Counted from the stretch's first letter, positions 10,645 through 26,607 are shown. The stretch: 64,000 nt of DNA from Octopus sinensis (GCF_006345805.1 NC_043004.1:77252001-77316000); one strand, 5' to 3'. Numbers and translations: made by a program. Notes: generated from the sequence alone by a model not told the origin.

Positions 10645-11549
10645 CTAAATTTATTTTTAAATATATATATAGAAGCATTAATGTTCATAGTTGCATGCGT
10701 ATACAAATGCGTTGAATATTGATCTATATATTATGTAAATATTACCGGTTGCGATGTTTCTCATCAAATATCAGTAAAAATTCATAAAAATATGAAGTAA
10801 AAACAGTTTATCTACAGTCTGGTGAGTGGTCCAGCATGAAGAAAGACTTAAAGTATTAGGGAGGGAAAGAGAGAGAAAAAAAGTAGGAGGAAGGTAAAAG
10901 TGAGGCAAAAAAAAAGAGAAAGAAACACATATTGACGTCGTACAAAAAATATTCCAAGAATATTTTTTATATATGAATATAAAAAAAAAAGATTCATGGA
11001 TCATTCGCAGCCGATTTCCTAATCGGTCGGAGTCCGGTAAGGCCTTGTAGTTTCCCATCCATTATCTCCGAGACTACTCGAATATATAATGCTATATATA
11101 TATTCAATGTAAACTTGCACAGTTAATAAAATATAGACTTGAAAGTAAAACAAGTCATCTGCTAAAAAAAATAACAAATATATGCAATAACTGAATTCAG
11201 TGTTTATGTGTGACATGTGTGCATACATTTGTGTGTGTATGTGTGCGAGTGTTTGAGAGTATTGTATATAAGTGTGTTAACACTTTGAAACCCCTGTAGT
11301 TTATTAAAGTAGTACAAGAACTGCATTCATACACTATAATTTGTGAAGTTTGCTGCATCCTTCGTCGATTTCGACTATAGGCCTTATGTTTTTGAATCAG
11401 TTGAATTCCTACACCCAAAATAGATATGTAATAAGCTGAGTGTACTCATAATGCAATATTGATATCCTCATTGTTTGAGAGACACAATAAGAATGATCTC
11501 GTTTGAGATTACATCCATCTTTGGCTAGTTTGACCCTGTTGTGTCCACT

Positions 11550-11690
11550 GATCTGATTGGTTGGCAGCTGGCGTGGTCTGTCACTCGACTTATTTCGCGC
11601 CAGAGTGTACAGCTAACCAATCACGGCCTTCGTATAAGGCGTGCTTCATTTGAGCCACCTTAACTCTTTATAAGGCGCTTGTTTTCATTA
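11550..11690 (+). promoter_or_regulatory. Promoter-like motif cluster (two CCAAT boxes, E2F-like site, TATA-like), possibly a solo LTR
   Basis: ATTGG 11556-11560, CAGCTG 11565-11570, TTTCGCGC 11593-11600, CCAAT 11617-11621, TATAA 11633-11637. Locally GC-richer; no LTR boundaries proven. Confidence 0.3.
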
Positions 11691-12657
11691 TTCTTAGGTC
11701 TTTCGGCTTTAGACCTTTTAAGGTCTAGTCACTGACCACAGAGCTACTCAGCCATGTTCCAGTTCCAGCTACAAACGACCAGCCTACCTGCCATGCTCCA
11801 GCTTCAGCCACTACGACACTAATGTACGCCCGCACCGTAGGACATTCTCAACCTCCGCCGCCGTTATCACCATCGTCGTACTTCATCTTCATGCCGTCTC
11901 CACCGTCGACTTCAACAACATGTACACACCAACACCGACCAAGTTTAACTCGCGCTGTTAGTGTGAATCTTTCACCACGGAAAACAGTTGCAGTATATCT
12001 GAAAGAACTATCTATATCAAGAGACTCGGCACGGCATGATAGCCCCAACCTCTACAAGCGTAGTAACCGGCTCTGCCACGTGAACCGCTAACATCTTGTT
12101 ATAGAACTCTTACTACCGTGTACCTCGTGAACTGGTAAACTAACTCTGTCTTAAGTCAATATGCTGAGACTTATCCTATGCTCTGTATTTCCGTTTATGT
12201 GCATTCACCTTTTGTCTGTACCTTCTGTCACACACACGAACACACAGACACAAATACTTGTCGCACGCATTCATACACAACACTTCGCTAGCACTCACAC
12301 ACTCTCTCTCTCTCTCTGTACACATTGTGAATAAAGTCCTTTTCTCTCTCAAACAGTAGAACGGTTTGTTGTCCTCATTCATTTACTCCTTTGGCACCGT
12401 ATGTTATATTATGTATCTGGCATCTCTTATGCTAGGGAACGACCGTGCGGCGTTCTAAAGGGGACATTTGTCGCCAACTCCTTACGTGTGGTCGTCTAAA
12501 CCCTACAGGACAAAAGGGAAAGAGAAAAGAATAGAGTCCAATACGGGGCTGGTAATTCATTTATCGATCCCGCAAGAACGAAAGTAGAAATTAATATCAC
12601 GAATTTGAACTGTAAGCCATTCTCTTCCACGCACAAACAACTCTACCACTTAGCTAT

Positions 12658-12661
<4 letters not shown>

Positions 12662-12752
<91 letters not shown>

Positions 12753-12765
12753 GTGTGTGTGTGTG
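12662..12765. repeat. (GT)n microsatellite
   Basis: Directly visible. Confidence 0.95.
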
Positions 12766-13011
12766 AAGGTTACACTAATACTTCCATATATGTTTCTTGC
12801 TGTTCTGCTTACCATAACGATCAATTATTATGTGAGATTGGAGTGTCATTGAATTTAACAAATTAGTTTCAAGTTTTCTTCATCAGAATAAAGAGAAATA
12901 AATAAAAATTGATTGAAGAAGTAATTAAAATCATCTGAAGCCAATAAAAAGATGATTGTTTAGTCAAAGGTTAATGTGGTTTCTATTGAAGATAGAGAGA
13001 ACAGAACTTAC

Positions 13012-13074
13012 GTTGGTGTGTCGAATTTTCTTTGACTGAAACAGACACAACTGCTGACTCGGAAGTTGCTTTAT
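13012..13074 (-). CDS. Symmetric phase-1 exon (63 nt) of the mucin-stalk/PSI gene
   Basis: Acceptor aattattttacag, donor AAC|GTAAGT. Frame KATSESAVVSVSVKENSTHQ. Confidence 0.75.
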
Positions 13075-13268
13075 CTGTAAAATAATTACATGGAAATTAT
13101 GAAAATGACAATGTAGATAACTTAACTATAAAGACAACGTGACTATAATTTCTGAAAATCTGATAATCCAAGGCAAGAGGTGAATAAAACTGTTTCTTTG
13201 CATGCTGTCTCGAAAGTTGTCTCTGAACACTATGCTCAGAGTGTGTATATGTATCAATGAGTGTGTGT

Positions 13269-13307
<39 letters not shown>

Positions 13308-13322
13308 TGTGTGTGTGTGTGT

Positions 13323-13412
<90 letters not shown>

Positions 13413-13721
13413 AAGAGAAAGAACACTGCGATGAAAGAAGGATGGCTGCTAGGCTGATGCCGCCTATTCATGAAAATGCACATATCAACAGTTGTCCTCT
13501 TGACTTCGGACAACGAGTTAACGGAAATACTGGATTCTATTATTTCCCCTTCTCATGTAGATTAAGTCCTGTTTCTTTCGAAAAGTCATCATTTTAACTT
13601 CTAGGATTTTTTAAATACCCATTTTTATTTGTCTTAGCTTTATACACATACACTTACATACACCGCATACAGATATATACATATACATATATATAGAGAG
13701 AGAGAAAGAGAGAGAGATATA

Positions 13722-13910
13722 GATCGTTAGCCACTACACATATTTTTTCTCTCCTTGTTTTTTCTGTGTCCCTTTCTGTAGAAGAGCGTAGGCTCGAAAC
13801 GTAAAAGATTTTTTCTATTCCTGAGCGTTATACTAATACATCTGTTTGTGTTGTACACCACCTGTCTTCGTCTTTTGTTTTGTTTTGTTTTTCATAAACT
13901 CTCCCTATAT
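13722..13910 (+). mobile_element. Short repeat family B carrying a hammerhead-like motif at 13772-13807
   Basis: CTTT CTGTAGA A GAGC gtag GCTC GAAAC GTA AAAG. Homologs at 16203-16238, 18256-18291, 57534-57569 and (degenerate) 61385-61421. Confidence 0.6.
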
Positions 13911-14401
13911 AAATATATATATATATACTTCATATAAAATACAGTGTACATTGAAACACATTAAGAAGTTTCTATCATAGGAATCATTTAGGCTAGAAAG
14001 AACAGCTAAAGTCCAAACCACTAATTAGGGATAAATTCTCGAAGGGATTGAAAAATAAAAACATTTACCATCTCTTTCCTAGACCATGGTTTCTGGCTTA
14101 TTTTAGTAAATAAAATAATTTATCAGGCGAAGTCTTCATCAACAGGGACGCCAAGATTAAATATATAAGCAACGAGGCCAATCCAGCATGCGCCTCTTGC
14201 TTATACACTTTAATTTTTTTTCAAATCCACCGGATTCCTATGTTTGAATCCCAAAGGATTCCTATGGTGGAAACCTTTTAATGTACTTAAATGTACACTG
14301 TATTTTATATGAATAATATATAGTCTATTGACTAATTTTTCTATACACTAGGCCACTGGTAGTAAAAATTTCTAAAATCTTTATTACCCTGATATATTAA
14401 T

Positions 14402-15884
<1,483 letters not shown>

Positions 15885-15931
15885 AGATAGATAGATAGAT
15901 AGATGAGACCTCAATATTATGTAAATAGAGG

Positions 15932-16300
15932 ATGTGACAATTATTCGGTTACCATAATAAAACTCCGAGTTTCGGATGTCGGGGTAGAAATCTGCTCCAC
16001 CATCTCGGCATTTTTGTTTGTTTTAATAACTGACGAGATGCCGGAGCAGATTTCCGCCCCGACATCAGAAACTCGGAGTTTTATTATGGCAACCGAATAA
16101 TTGTCACATTATATTACAGATTGCAGAAAAACAAATGACGAAAGACAGGTCTATGAACAACAAGCAGGTGTATTAATCTGACGCCCGGGAAAATGAGAAA
16201 GTCTTTCACGTTTCGAGCCTACGCTCTTCAACAGAAAAGAATAAGAGAAAATAAACAGAGAGAGAGATTAAAAAACTTGTGGATTTAGCGATCGAGCATG
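15932..16300 (-). mobile_element. Family B repeat with terminal fold-back (15932-16109) and hammerhead-like motif (16203-16238)
   Basis: 76-bp inverted arms around a 26-nt loop, continuous with the family B body. Duplicated at 17986-18350. Confidence 0.65.
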
Positions 16301-16343
16301 GCAGCAGGTTGGGGAGAAAAAGTTTGACAGACAGATAGATAGC

Positions 16344-16410
<67 letters not shown>

Positions 16411-16544
16411 GTAGGTAGGTAGGTAGGTAGGTAGGTATGTATGTAGGTAGATAAATAGATAGATAGACAGATAGACAGACTGACAGACAGGTAGGTAAGT
16501 AGATAGATAGATAGATAAATAGATAGATAGATAGATAGATAGAT

Positions 16545-17938
16545 ATGTTTCTTTATTAGCCACACAGGGCTGCACACAGATAGAACAAATTACAAGGTAG
16601 AGCTTTTCTTTTGAAGGTTTAAAAAAAAAAAAAAAAAAAAAAAAAGGAAGGGGGAGTTTCGATCAAAAGGGATCGTAAAAGGAGAGAAAGAGGACAAAAA
16701 AAAGGGGGTTAAAAAAAAAAAATAAAAAAAGGGGGAGAGGAAAAAAAAAATTGATCAATAGGGATCGTTATCACAGAAATGTCAATATGAAGTGTAAAGG
16801 GGAGGACAGGTGAGGTTTACCCGTGGAAAGAAAAGCCTACGGAAAAGACCACGGTAACCTCGGTCAATGAAGTCACATTTTATATTTCTTTTTTTTTTTT
16901 TTTTTTTTTGCAAATAAGCAACTCTCTGTTTTCGATTTCTGGGTTCATAGGACTATGCTCAAGGTGGCTTCGTCATTCATACGTGCCATTCTTGCTACAT
17001 TCACCCATCTTTTTTTAAAACATTCGCTAGACAAAACTTGCCTCTCTACTCTCACTTCCTTTTCAAGTGGTACTTGAAGAAGTTGATGAGAGATTGACCA
17101 GAGAGGAAAGTGTTTGTCTCCAATCCTTTCAGACGCGTCCACCAGATACATTCTTTCGCCATAGCCACAAGGATGATGAAAATAGCTCTTCCTTCCCGTT
17201 TGAAGGAAGGAGGCGTGACAATATTGACGATAGACTCAGCTGATAAACCGACTCGTCCCACACGTGACAGCAGTTGTTCGACATAAGCCCACAGGTCGGA
17301 AATTGTTGGACACTGAACGAGTGCGTGCAGAACGGTTTCGTCGCTCTGACCGCATCTCGGGCAGGTCGGCCCCGTGTTTCTCGAGCCGTGTCTGTAGAGC
17401 TTATCCCGAACGGGTAGCGCTTCTCGGTAGCACTGCCAGGCCAGGGATCTCTGGAAGTTGTCCATGGGCCCTGGCCCGAAAGTCGCCCGAACAGGCGGGT
17501 CAGGTACTCCTCGTCGACGTCCAGGTTCGCCCCGAGCTCGTCGTCGTACCTCCCCTCCACTAAACCCCTATAGAATGCTTTGGTGTGTGTTGAAGTCACT
17601 CAAGGTCGACCCAGGACGGCAGAGTTGCTTGAGAGCAACGCGATACTCGCGGTGCCATTCGCCCTCCTCGGCCTCTTTTTGATCCACGACTGCAGTTCGG
17701 TCATGGAGACGAGCTGCGGGAAAGCGTGCCTCACAAACGGCGACCACACCTGTTCACCGTCGTCTACATAGAGCCAGAGATGTCGCAGTCTCAGCGCGTG
17801 TCTGCGCATCATCAACCACGGCATGCCCAGCCCTCCTTTTAACGGGTGTTGACAGCAAATGGATCGCCTGACCATCGGGACGCATCCTTTCCACAAGAAG
17901 CGAAAGAGAATGCGTTGTAGTTTGGTGATGGTAGGGTC
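16545..17938 (-). mobile_element. Tx1/L1-clade LINE copy B (frameshifted; C/A mosaic)
   Basis: Same 3' junction as A, C and D; same 5' breakpoint as A; diagnostic SNPs switch from C-type to A-type between 17552 and 17601. Confidence 0.88.
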
Positions 17939-17985
17939 AGATAGATAGATAGATAGATGAGACCTCAATATTATGTAAATAGAGG

Positions 17986-18350
17986 ATGTGACAATTATTC
18001 GGTTACCATAATAAAACTCCGAGTTTCGGATGTCGGGGTAGAAATCTGCTCCACCATCTCGGCATTTTTGTTTGTTTTAATAACTGACGAGATGCCGGAG
18101 CAGATTTCCGCCCCGACATCAGAAACTCGGAGTTTTATTATGGCAACCGAATAATTGTCACATATATTACAGATTGCAGAAAAACAAATGACGAAAGACA
18201 GGTCTATGAACAACAAGCAGGTGTATTAATCTGACGCCCGGGAAAATGAGAAAGTCTTTCACGTTTCGAGCCTACGCTCTTCAACAGAAAAGAATAAGAG
18301 AAAATAAACAGAGAGAGAGATTAAAAAACTTGTGGATTTAGCGATCGAGC
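17986..18350 (-). mobile_element. Duplicate of the family B fold-back/hammerhead spacer
   Basis: Near-identical to 15932-16300 at an offset of 2053-2054 bp. Confidence 0.7.
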
Positions 18351-18396
18351 ATGGCAGCAGGTTGGGGAGAAAAAGTTTGACAGACAGATAGATAGC

Positions 18397-18451
<55 letters not shown>

Positions 18452-18585
18452 GTAGGTAGGTAGGTAGGTAGGTAGGTAGGTAGGTAGGTAGATAAATAGA
18501 TAGATAGACAGATAGACAGACTGACAGACAGGTAGGTAAGTAGATAGATAGATAGATAAATAGATAGATAGATAGATAGATAGAT

Positions 18586-18657
18586 ATGTTTCTTTATTAG
18601 CCACACAGGGCTGCACACAGATAGAACAAATTACAAGGTAGAGCTTTTCTTTTGAAG

Positions 18658-18691
<34 letters not shown>

Positions 18692-19709
18692 AGGGGGAGT
18701 TTCGATCAAAAGGGATCGTAAAAGGAGAGAAAGAGGACAAAAAAAAGGGGGGTTAAAAAAAAAAAAAAAAAAAAGGGGGGGAGAGGAAAAAAAAATTGAT
18801 CAATAGGGATCGTTATCACAGAAATGTCAATATGAAGTGTAAAGGGGAGGACAGGTGAGGTTTACCCGTGGAAAGAAAAGCCTACGGAAAAGACCACGGT
18901 AACCTCGGTCAATGAAGTCACATTTTATATTTCTTTTTTTTTTTTTTTTTTTGCAAATAAGCAACTCTCTGTTTTCGATTTCTGGGTTCATAGGACTATG
19001 CTCAAGGTGGCTTCGTCATTCATACGTGCCATTCTTGCTACATTCACCCATCTTTTTTTAAAACATTCGCTAGACAAAACTTGCCTCTCTACTCTCACTT
19101 TCCTTTTCAAGTGGTACTTGAAGAAGTTGATGAGAGATTGACCAGAGAGGAAAGTGTTTGTCTCCAATCCTTTCAGACGCGTCCACCAGATACATTCTTT
19201 CGCCATAGCCACAAGGATGATGAAAATAGCTCTTCCTTCCCGTTTGAAGGAAGGAGGCGTGACAATATTGACGATAGACTCAGCTGATAAACCGACTCGT
19301 CCCACACGTGACAGCAGTTGTTCGACATAAGCCCACAGGTCGGAAATTGTTGGACACTGAACGAGTGCGTGCAGAACGGTTTCGTCGCTCTGACCGCATC
19401 TCGGGCAGGTCGGCCCCGTGTTTCTCGAGCCGTGTCTGTAGAGCTTATCCCGAACGGGTAGCGCTTCTCGGTAGCACTGCCAGGCCAGGGATCTCTGGAA
19501 GTTGTCCATGGGCCCTGGCCCGAAAGTCGCCCGAACAGGCGGGTCAGGTACTCCTCGTCGACGTCCAGGTTCGCCCCGAGCTCGTCGTCGTACCTCCCCT
19601 CCACTAAACCCCTATAGAATGCTTTGGTTGTGTTGAAGTCACTTAAGGTCGACCCAGGACGGCAGAGTTGCTTGAGAGCAACGCGACACTCGCGGTGCCA
19701 TTCGCCCTT
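18586..19709 (-). mobile_element. Tx1/L1-clade LINE copy C (shorter 5' truncation)
   Basis: ORFs 18988-19509 and 19173-19715; similarity to A ends at ...cattcgccctt. Confidence 0.88.
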
Positions 19710-19758
19710 AATCATTAATCAAATAGGATATGCTAGTCAGTCAGTCAGTCAGTCAGTC

Positions 19759-19879
<121 letters not shown>

Positions 19880-20275
19880 TCAACATCATCATAACATGCA
19901 AGCATGTGTGTGAGCGTGTGTGTGTCGGAAAAACATAGGTTATGTAATGAACTTCATTATCTTAGTTGAGTCTTTGGGTAAATAATAATATGACTATGAA
20001 GTGCACTTTATTTGGAAGAATTACATTTTCAAGAGATTACTATGTCGCGCACATTTGGTTGTGATGCACCTACCTGGTGTACTCTTATCAGACAGGTATT
20101 CATGACGGGTATACAGGACTTCGTATATTTTACCCCAGTGTCACTTTGATGGCATGCTCTGCTCTCTCACTCAATGATAATAATAACCTATTTATTGGTT
20201 CTATGCTTGATGGACTTACTTATATTATATCCTGTATATATTATTATATCGAATACAAATAATTGTTCTACTTAC

Positions 20276-20332
20276 GTAGATAAATGCTACTTTGTTTAGA
20301 TGTCGTTGATATCACTTCTGATTCACTTGGAC
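20276..20332 (-). CDS. Symmetric phase-1 exon (57 nt) of the mucin-stalk/PSI gene
   Basis: Acceptor atttccatttccttag, donor TAC|GTAAGT. Frame PSESEVISTTSKQSSIYL. Confidence 0.78.
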
Positions 20333-20438
20333 CTAAGGAAATGGAAATATCTTGAAATCATTTTTCATGGATAATTTAATTTTTATATCGAAGATTAATC
20401 AAATAGGATATGCTAGTCAGTCAGTCAGTCAGTCAGTC

Positions 20439-21481
<1,043 letters not shown>

Positions 21482-21789
21482 TCAGATAGATAGATAGATA
21501 GATGAAAACTGCAAGTTCTCATTTGGTTCTGCCTACTGATTTGGTAAATACCATTGGATTGAATTTTTATTTACTTCTGAATATCCCGTGTTTCACGGTA
21601 ATTATGCATTCATCTACGTAACGTTTAACACACAACATAGTATACACTGGTACAACACGTGTAGAGATTATATAATTTATGATATCATAATAAATAATTT
21701 AACTAATTTATTTCTTTTATTCTGAAGTCGTGCATATAATACCTGCATTTATACAGGTATTAAATGAATTCGATATAATGGACAGTGCT

Positions 21790-22058
21790 TATACATGCAT
21801 GCATACATACATACATACATGCATGCATACATACATACATACATACATACATGCATACATATATACATACATACATGCATGCATGCATGCATGCATACAT
21901 ACATTCATACATACATACATGCATACATACATGCATGCATGCATACATACATACATACATACATACATACATACATACATACATACATACATACATACAT
22001 ACATACATACATGCATACATACATGCTTGCATGCATACATACATACATACATACATAC

Positions 22059-22117
<59 letters not shown>

Positions 22118-22520
22118 TGCATACATACATACATACATACATACATACATACATACATACATGCATACATACATGCATGCATGCATACATGCATGCATGC
22201 ATACATACATACATACATACATACATACATACATACATACATACATACATAAATACATACATACATACATACATACATACATACACACACACATACATAC
22301 ACACACACACATACATACATACATACATACATACATACATACATACATACATACATACATACATACATACATACATACATACATACATACATACATACAT
22401 ACATACATACATACATACACACACACACATACATACACACATACATACATAATACATACATACATACATACATACATACATACATACATACATACATACA
22501 TACATACATACATACATACA
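21790..22520. repeat. Long imperfect (CATA)n/(CATG)n array, about 730 bp
   Basis: Directly visible; source of the HTYI/MYVC ORFs. Confidence 0.95.
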
Positions 22521-23065
22521 AACTAAACGGAAACAACCTAGATGGAAAACATAACTTGAAGAAAACATCAACAACGTGCGCTGCCATATTGGATGGTTAA
22601 CTACAACAATAAAAAATAAGGAGAAAAAATGAGTTTACACCTCACCAGCTCTACCTTAGACAAAAATTAATGAAACTTTGTCACCTCTTCACACCGAGCT
22701 CTTGAGGGAAAGCTAATCACTTTAAAACATGGACTCGGGATGATGAGCGAGAAACTCCGCTATCGCAAACGAATGTTTGAGCGAGCCAGTATCAATCACG
22801 AGTTTGCTTCCATCTCACAAGGATTATACAGAGAGATGAGGAAGGAAAATATTACCATTAAGAAAGCTACCTCTACAATCATTCTAGTCAAAAATTTGGA
22901 ACGAAAAGAGGGATTTCAACCTGAATGAATCATGGTTAAATACGGTTGAGAGAGAATACTGTGCCAACACTACCAGTAAAACACAAAATTGATGCAGAAA
23001 CCTTCGCTAACTGCATATTGGGAAGGCACCTGGAAGGGACCTAATAGTTGGATATTGGTCCCGAA
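22521..23065 (+). mobile_element. R4/Dong-clade LINE fragment (region upstream of the RT domain)
   Basis: Broken frames give SEKLRYRKRMFERASINHEF...ESWLNTVEREYC...KAPGRDLIVGYW. Starts directly after (CATA)n. Confidence 0.55.
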
Positions 23066-23297
23066 TTAGTATTTTTCTGTGTAATATTAAGTTTGGACTT
23101 TGATTTTATGTATTATCTATTCAATTTTGAAATACCAATCACTTCCCTTTGTCTGTGTTAGTACACTAAGTGAGGATTGCTAAACTATAGCTAGTTACAG
23201 CAGAGCGTCACTCCGCAGAGAAAATCAGGTTATGAAAATCATAAAGTAAGAAAAATCAAATTTTGGTTATTTTTATTCATTTTTTTAAAGTACTTAC

Positions 23298-23336
23298 TTG
23301 TACTGCTCTGCTTATCTTCGACTTCTGGTGAAGTTT
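23298..23336 (-). CDS. Symmetric phase-1 exon (39 nt) of the mucin-stalk/PSI gene
   Basis: Acceptor ttctttgttcttgatttaacag, donor CAA|GTAAGT. Frame TSPEVEDKQSST. Confidence 0.78.
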
Positions 23337-24854
23337 CTGTTAAATCAAGAACAAAGAATTATCGATACATGCTCACACAGTCACATACACTCACACACAC
23401 ATTCACACACACACATACATACACATATATTTTTGTATGTACGTATGTATTTAAGCTGAAACTAGTTCAGTTCAATTCATATATATACATATATATAATA
23501 ATAAAATGTGTAATTGTGTATATGTGTGCGTATATGAATATATGCATAGATATCTTTGCATATATTTTCGTTTTTGTGCTGTCTTTATGTTTTGTTTTTA
23601 CAATTGTTAATCAGAAAGGGAAGTCTATGACCCTTTTCATGAGCACCAGGATTACGGAAGGAATGAAGGAGTGTTTCGTGTGGATTCCCCTAAAAGATAT
23701 CCAAAGGGTATATAGAGGTGTTAACCAGCTTATTGACAAAGTCTAACCCAGAAGAACAACAACATCTCTTCCTACGAATTTCTTCACGGTTTCTCAACTA
23801 AATTTCACTTGCAAGTTTGGTGTCGGTCTGAGGCTATTGTAAGCACATATGATCAAGGTGCTGTGCACTGGGATTGAAACTGAAACAACGTAACACTCAA
23901 ATGAACGTATAAACCATATCACTATGCTTGAATCCAAAACGGTTTTCCCGCAGATTTGAGTACTTAATGCGATACTAAGTAAAGAGAGATTATCTGCGAC
24001 AAGATTAGAGTGTTCCACGTTGCGTGTGTAACTGATGTACGTTGAGAAGCTGAGCTTCCTGCAGCTAAGCAACCGAGGTGACAACAACTTGAATATATGT
24101 AAACATGATTATAACTATACTTAATGTAACATGGAATTATTATCTATATTCGACATAAGTAATGCTAACGATTTTTGATCAGCAGTTCAGTTTATGTCAA
24201 AGGCATTATATTGTGGCCACAACACTTTAAGTTCTATAATGAACTCTGCAACGTTGAATTTAGTTTCTACTGAGATAAGAATGTATGACAGACTGATGTC
24301 TCTTTTAACGAGAATTAGCCTCTGTCCAGTTTTGAGCCTCAAGAAACAAGGGTTTATATTGGGTCAGGGGACTACGAAGTCAGCGATTGTCCTGTTGTAA
24401 TGGATCCTACAAGAAAGAGATAACCAAGTATAAGTTCACCACAAAAGAAGGAAAATAATTATTATTATTAGTCCCGTTTACTATAGAAGTCCACAGGATA
24501 GATTTTACAGATTTATAAGCGTATACATTTCCAGATATATTAACATAATTCATGTTTCAATGTCAGGGTTAGCAACAACCAAAATATAACTCGAGTGTCG
24601 TAGCCAACCGCCTGTCACAGAAGATATCGTATGCCTCTTAAATTCGAATTTTCTTGAAGTAGGTGACAGTTAAGAATACGACTGAACTTCATGCTAGGGC
24701 ATCCCAGGTCTGGTATAACTTCTACCCACCTCTTTTTGACGAACTTCTTCGGAGATGTGTATGTATCTGTGTACGTATGTATGTATGTATGTATGTATGT
24801 ATGTATGTATGTATGTATGTATGTATGTATGTATGTATGTATGTATGTATGCAT

Positions 24855-25610
24855 GTTCCCTTCTGTTTCTAATCATTTAAATTCTTCTGAGGTAGGGCCT
24901 GGTTTCTAACCAAGAATCACAACTCCATCGTTGGAATGCAGATAACAAAACAATGTCACATTTTAAATTTGATAAAAAGCCTTGGACATTTTTACTATTC
25001 CGCTTGTATTTGTAATGTGCGAAGTTGTGAGTTGATCACTTTTTCCAAAAACCCAAGGTTATCCAGACTGACACTTAGGCATTTACTCACAAAACCAAGT
25101 GCTCCAATTATTACTGGTATAAATGTGAATTCATAATCTGGATATAGAAGTTGGGGGTTTCGCAGTAATTGTCCATAGTTATTCTCGTTCTCTTTGATTT
25201 TCAGAAATATTCTCATCAGCAAGACAGCTGACCTCTATGACAGTACATTCTTTTTTCTTGTCTGTCCCAAATAACAATGTCCGATCTCTTATGCTTACAC
25301 TTGACAGATGTTTTCATGGGAATGTTCCACTAGTATTCCTTGTGTTGAGATTTGTGTACGTATTCAACAACAGGGGTTTTCTCTATATTTATTCCTAAAC
25401 AGTATTTTTCTGAATGGCATTATATATTGTTTTTGCGACAACGTCATGTCGCATACGAAGGTAGTACCTTGATGACAGTTTTGGACACCTGCAAAGTACG
25501 TGTGTGGTGTCTGACACAAAAATATGATATAATCTACATTTTCGGTTGCATCTTGAACTTCAAGGGCGTCACTGTCTCTTTTGTTGATTAGGTATTTATT
25601 AGTAATCTTC
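24855..25610 (-). mobile_element. R4/Dong-clade LINE C-terminus (CCHC knuckle and restriction-like endonuclease) and 3' UTR ending in (CATA)n
   Basis: RHDVVAK, PD-(D/E)xK-like DIVIWD...IEVSC, and YGQLLRNPQLLYPDYEFTFIPVIIGALGFV (ORF 24995-25222). Confidence 0.75.
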
Positions 25611-25669
25611 TGTTCTTTGATTGCAAATGCATAGCCTTCGAAGTGTGATGTCCCTCTCCTTTTAACTCA

Positions 25670-25850
25670 CATTTTCTCCCATCTTTTCATTTTTCTAACC
25701 TCATTTCCGATCCGCTGACCACTCCACCTAACACGTCTCGGTTTTCGACTTGGCCTCCAAGATCGGATATCCCAGCACACACTTTCAGAAGAAGCAGAAG
25801 CACATTTTCTCCCTCAACGTATACACACCCTTTGGTCTAAATTCACTTCC
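25670..25850 (+). mobile_element. Decayed Penelope-like GIY-YIG endonuclease C-terminal remnant
   Basis: KQKHIFSLNVYTPFGLN resembles the E-x3-I-x2-L-x-T-x2-P-x-GLN end of Penelope endonucleases. Confidence 0.4.
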
Positions 25851-26331
25851 TCATTACTTCTACCTCGCACTTTTCCCCTACCTACTTCAGATTTACACCC
25901 CTATTCTCCGAGTTCCACCTTCCCTTCTTTCCGTAGTCCCACCTGCATCCCTTATTTAGATCCTTCCCTCTCTCCTCCGAAATCACTGCAGTGTTACAAA
26001 TAAGGACATACTAGATAATATGGTTTTGTGTACACTGTACATGGGGAAAAGTTGTGATGGTCATGCTAGGATTCTTTCGATCATAGGTCTGCATCATCAG
26101 CACTGAAATGGAACCAACAAAAATATTTAGCACTTCAAATACTTTTGCATATATTACATCCCTTGCTCGTGATAAAACTGAAAGTTTTTCATATTAATAA
26201 GTTATTAAATTTCTAAAAGGAACGTTAGAATGTTATAGTTATTACTTCGAAAGTAGACGACAAATCTGAGAAAGTACAAAATAAATTTAATAAGAAGTTT
26301 TATACTTGTGCTTACGTTGTATTATACTTAC

Positions 26332-26607
26332 GTTGACTTATGGAGGTTTTTCCAACTGGTTCAGCTGTGTGAACTGGCTCAGCTGTTTGAACTGGCTCAG
26401 CTGTTTGTACTGGTTCAGCTGTTTGTACTGGTTCAGTTGTTTGTACTGGTTCAGCTGTTTGTACTGGTTCAGTTGTGTGATCTGGTTCAGCCGTTTGAAC
26501 TGGTTTAGCTACTACTGCAGCTGGTCTAACGGTTTCAACTGGTTCAACTGTTTCAGTTGGTTCGACTGTTTCCAAAGGTGAAATAGATGAATCTGCTTCA
26601 GAAGTTA
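26332..26607 (-). CDS. Symmetric phase-1 exon (276 nt; 282 nt with the upstream acceptor) encoding TAEPVQ tandem repeats
   Basis: Acceptors tctttatttcaaAG (exon start 26613) and ggacAG (start 26607), both phase 1; donor AAC|GTAAGT. The 18-bp repeat unit preserves frame; part of ORF 26312-26632. Confidence 0.8.

Noticed and set aside
12486-12502. 17-nt exon candidate with a very strong acceptor and GTAAGG donor
   Set aside because: Breaks frame and lies in repeat-like sequence; likely a pseudo-exon.
15932-18350. CRISPR-like or prokaryotic repeat system
   Set aside because: Eukaryotic context; the repeats are a LINE-bounded tandem duplication with identical spacers, not repeat-spacer arrays.
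21730-22587. Long ORFs such as HTYI/MYVC repeats, and all similar poly-Y/I/CV/LSIY/H/P/T ORFs in the track
   Set aside because: They are translations of microsatellites, open in several frames on both strands with no domain content.
26085-26110. CTGATGA...GAAA on the minus strand
   Set aside because: No stem I or stem II pairing.
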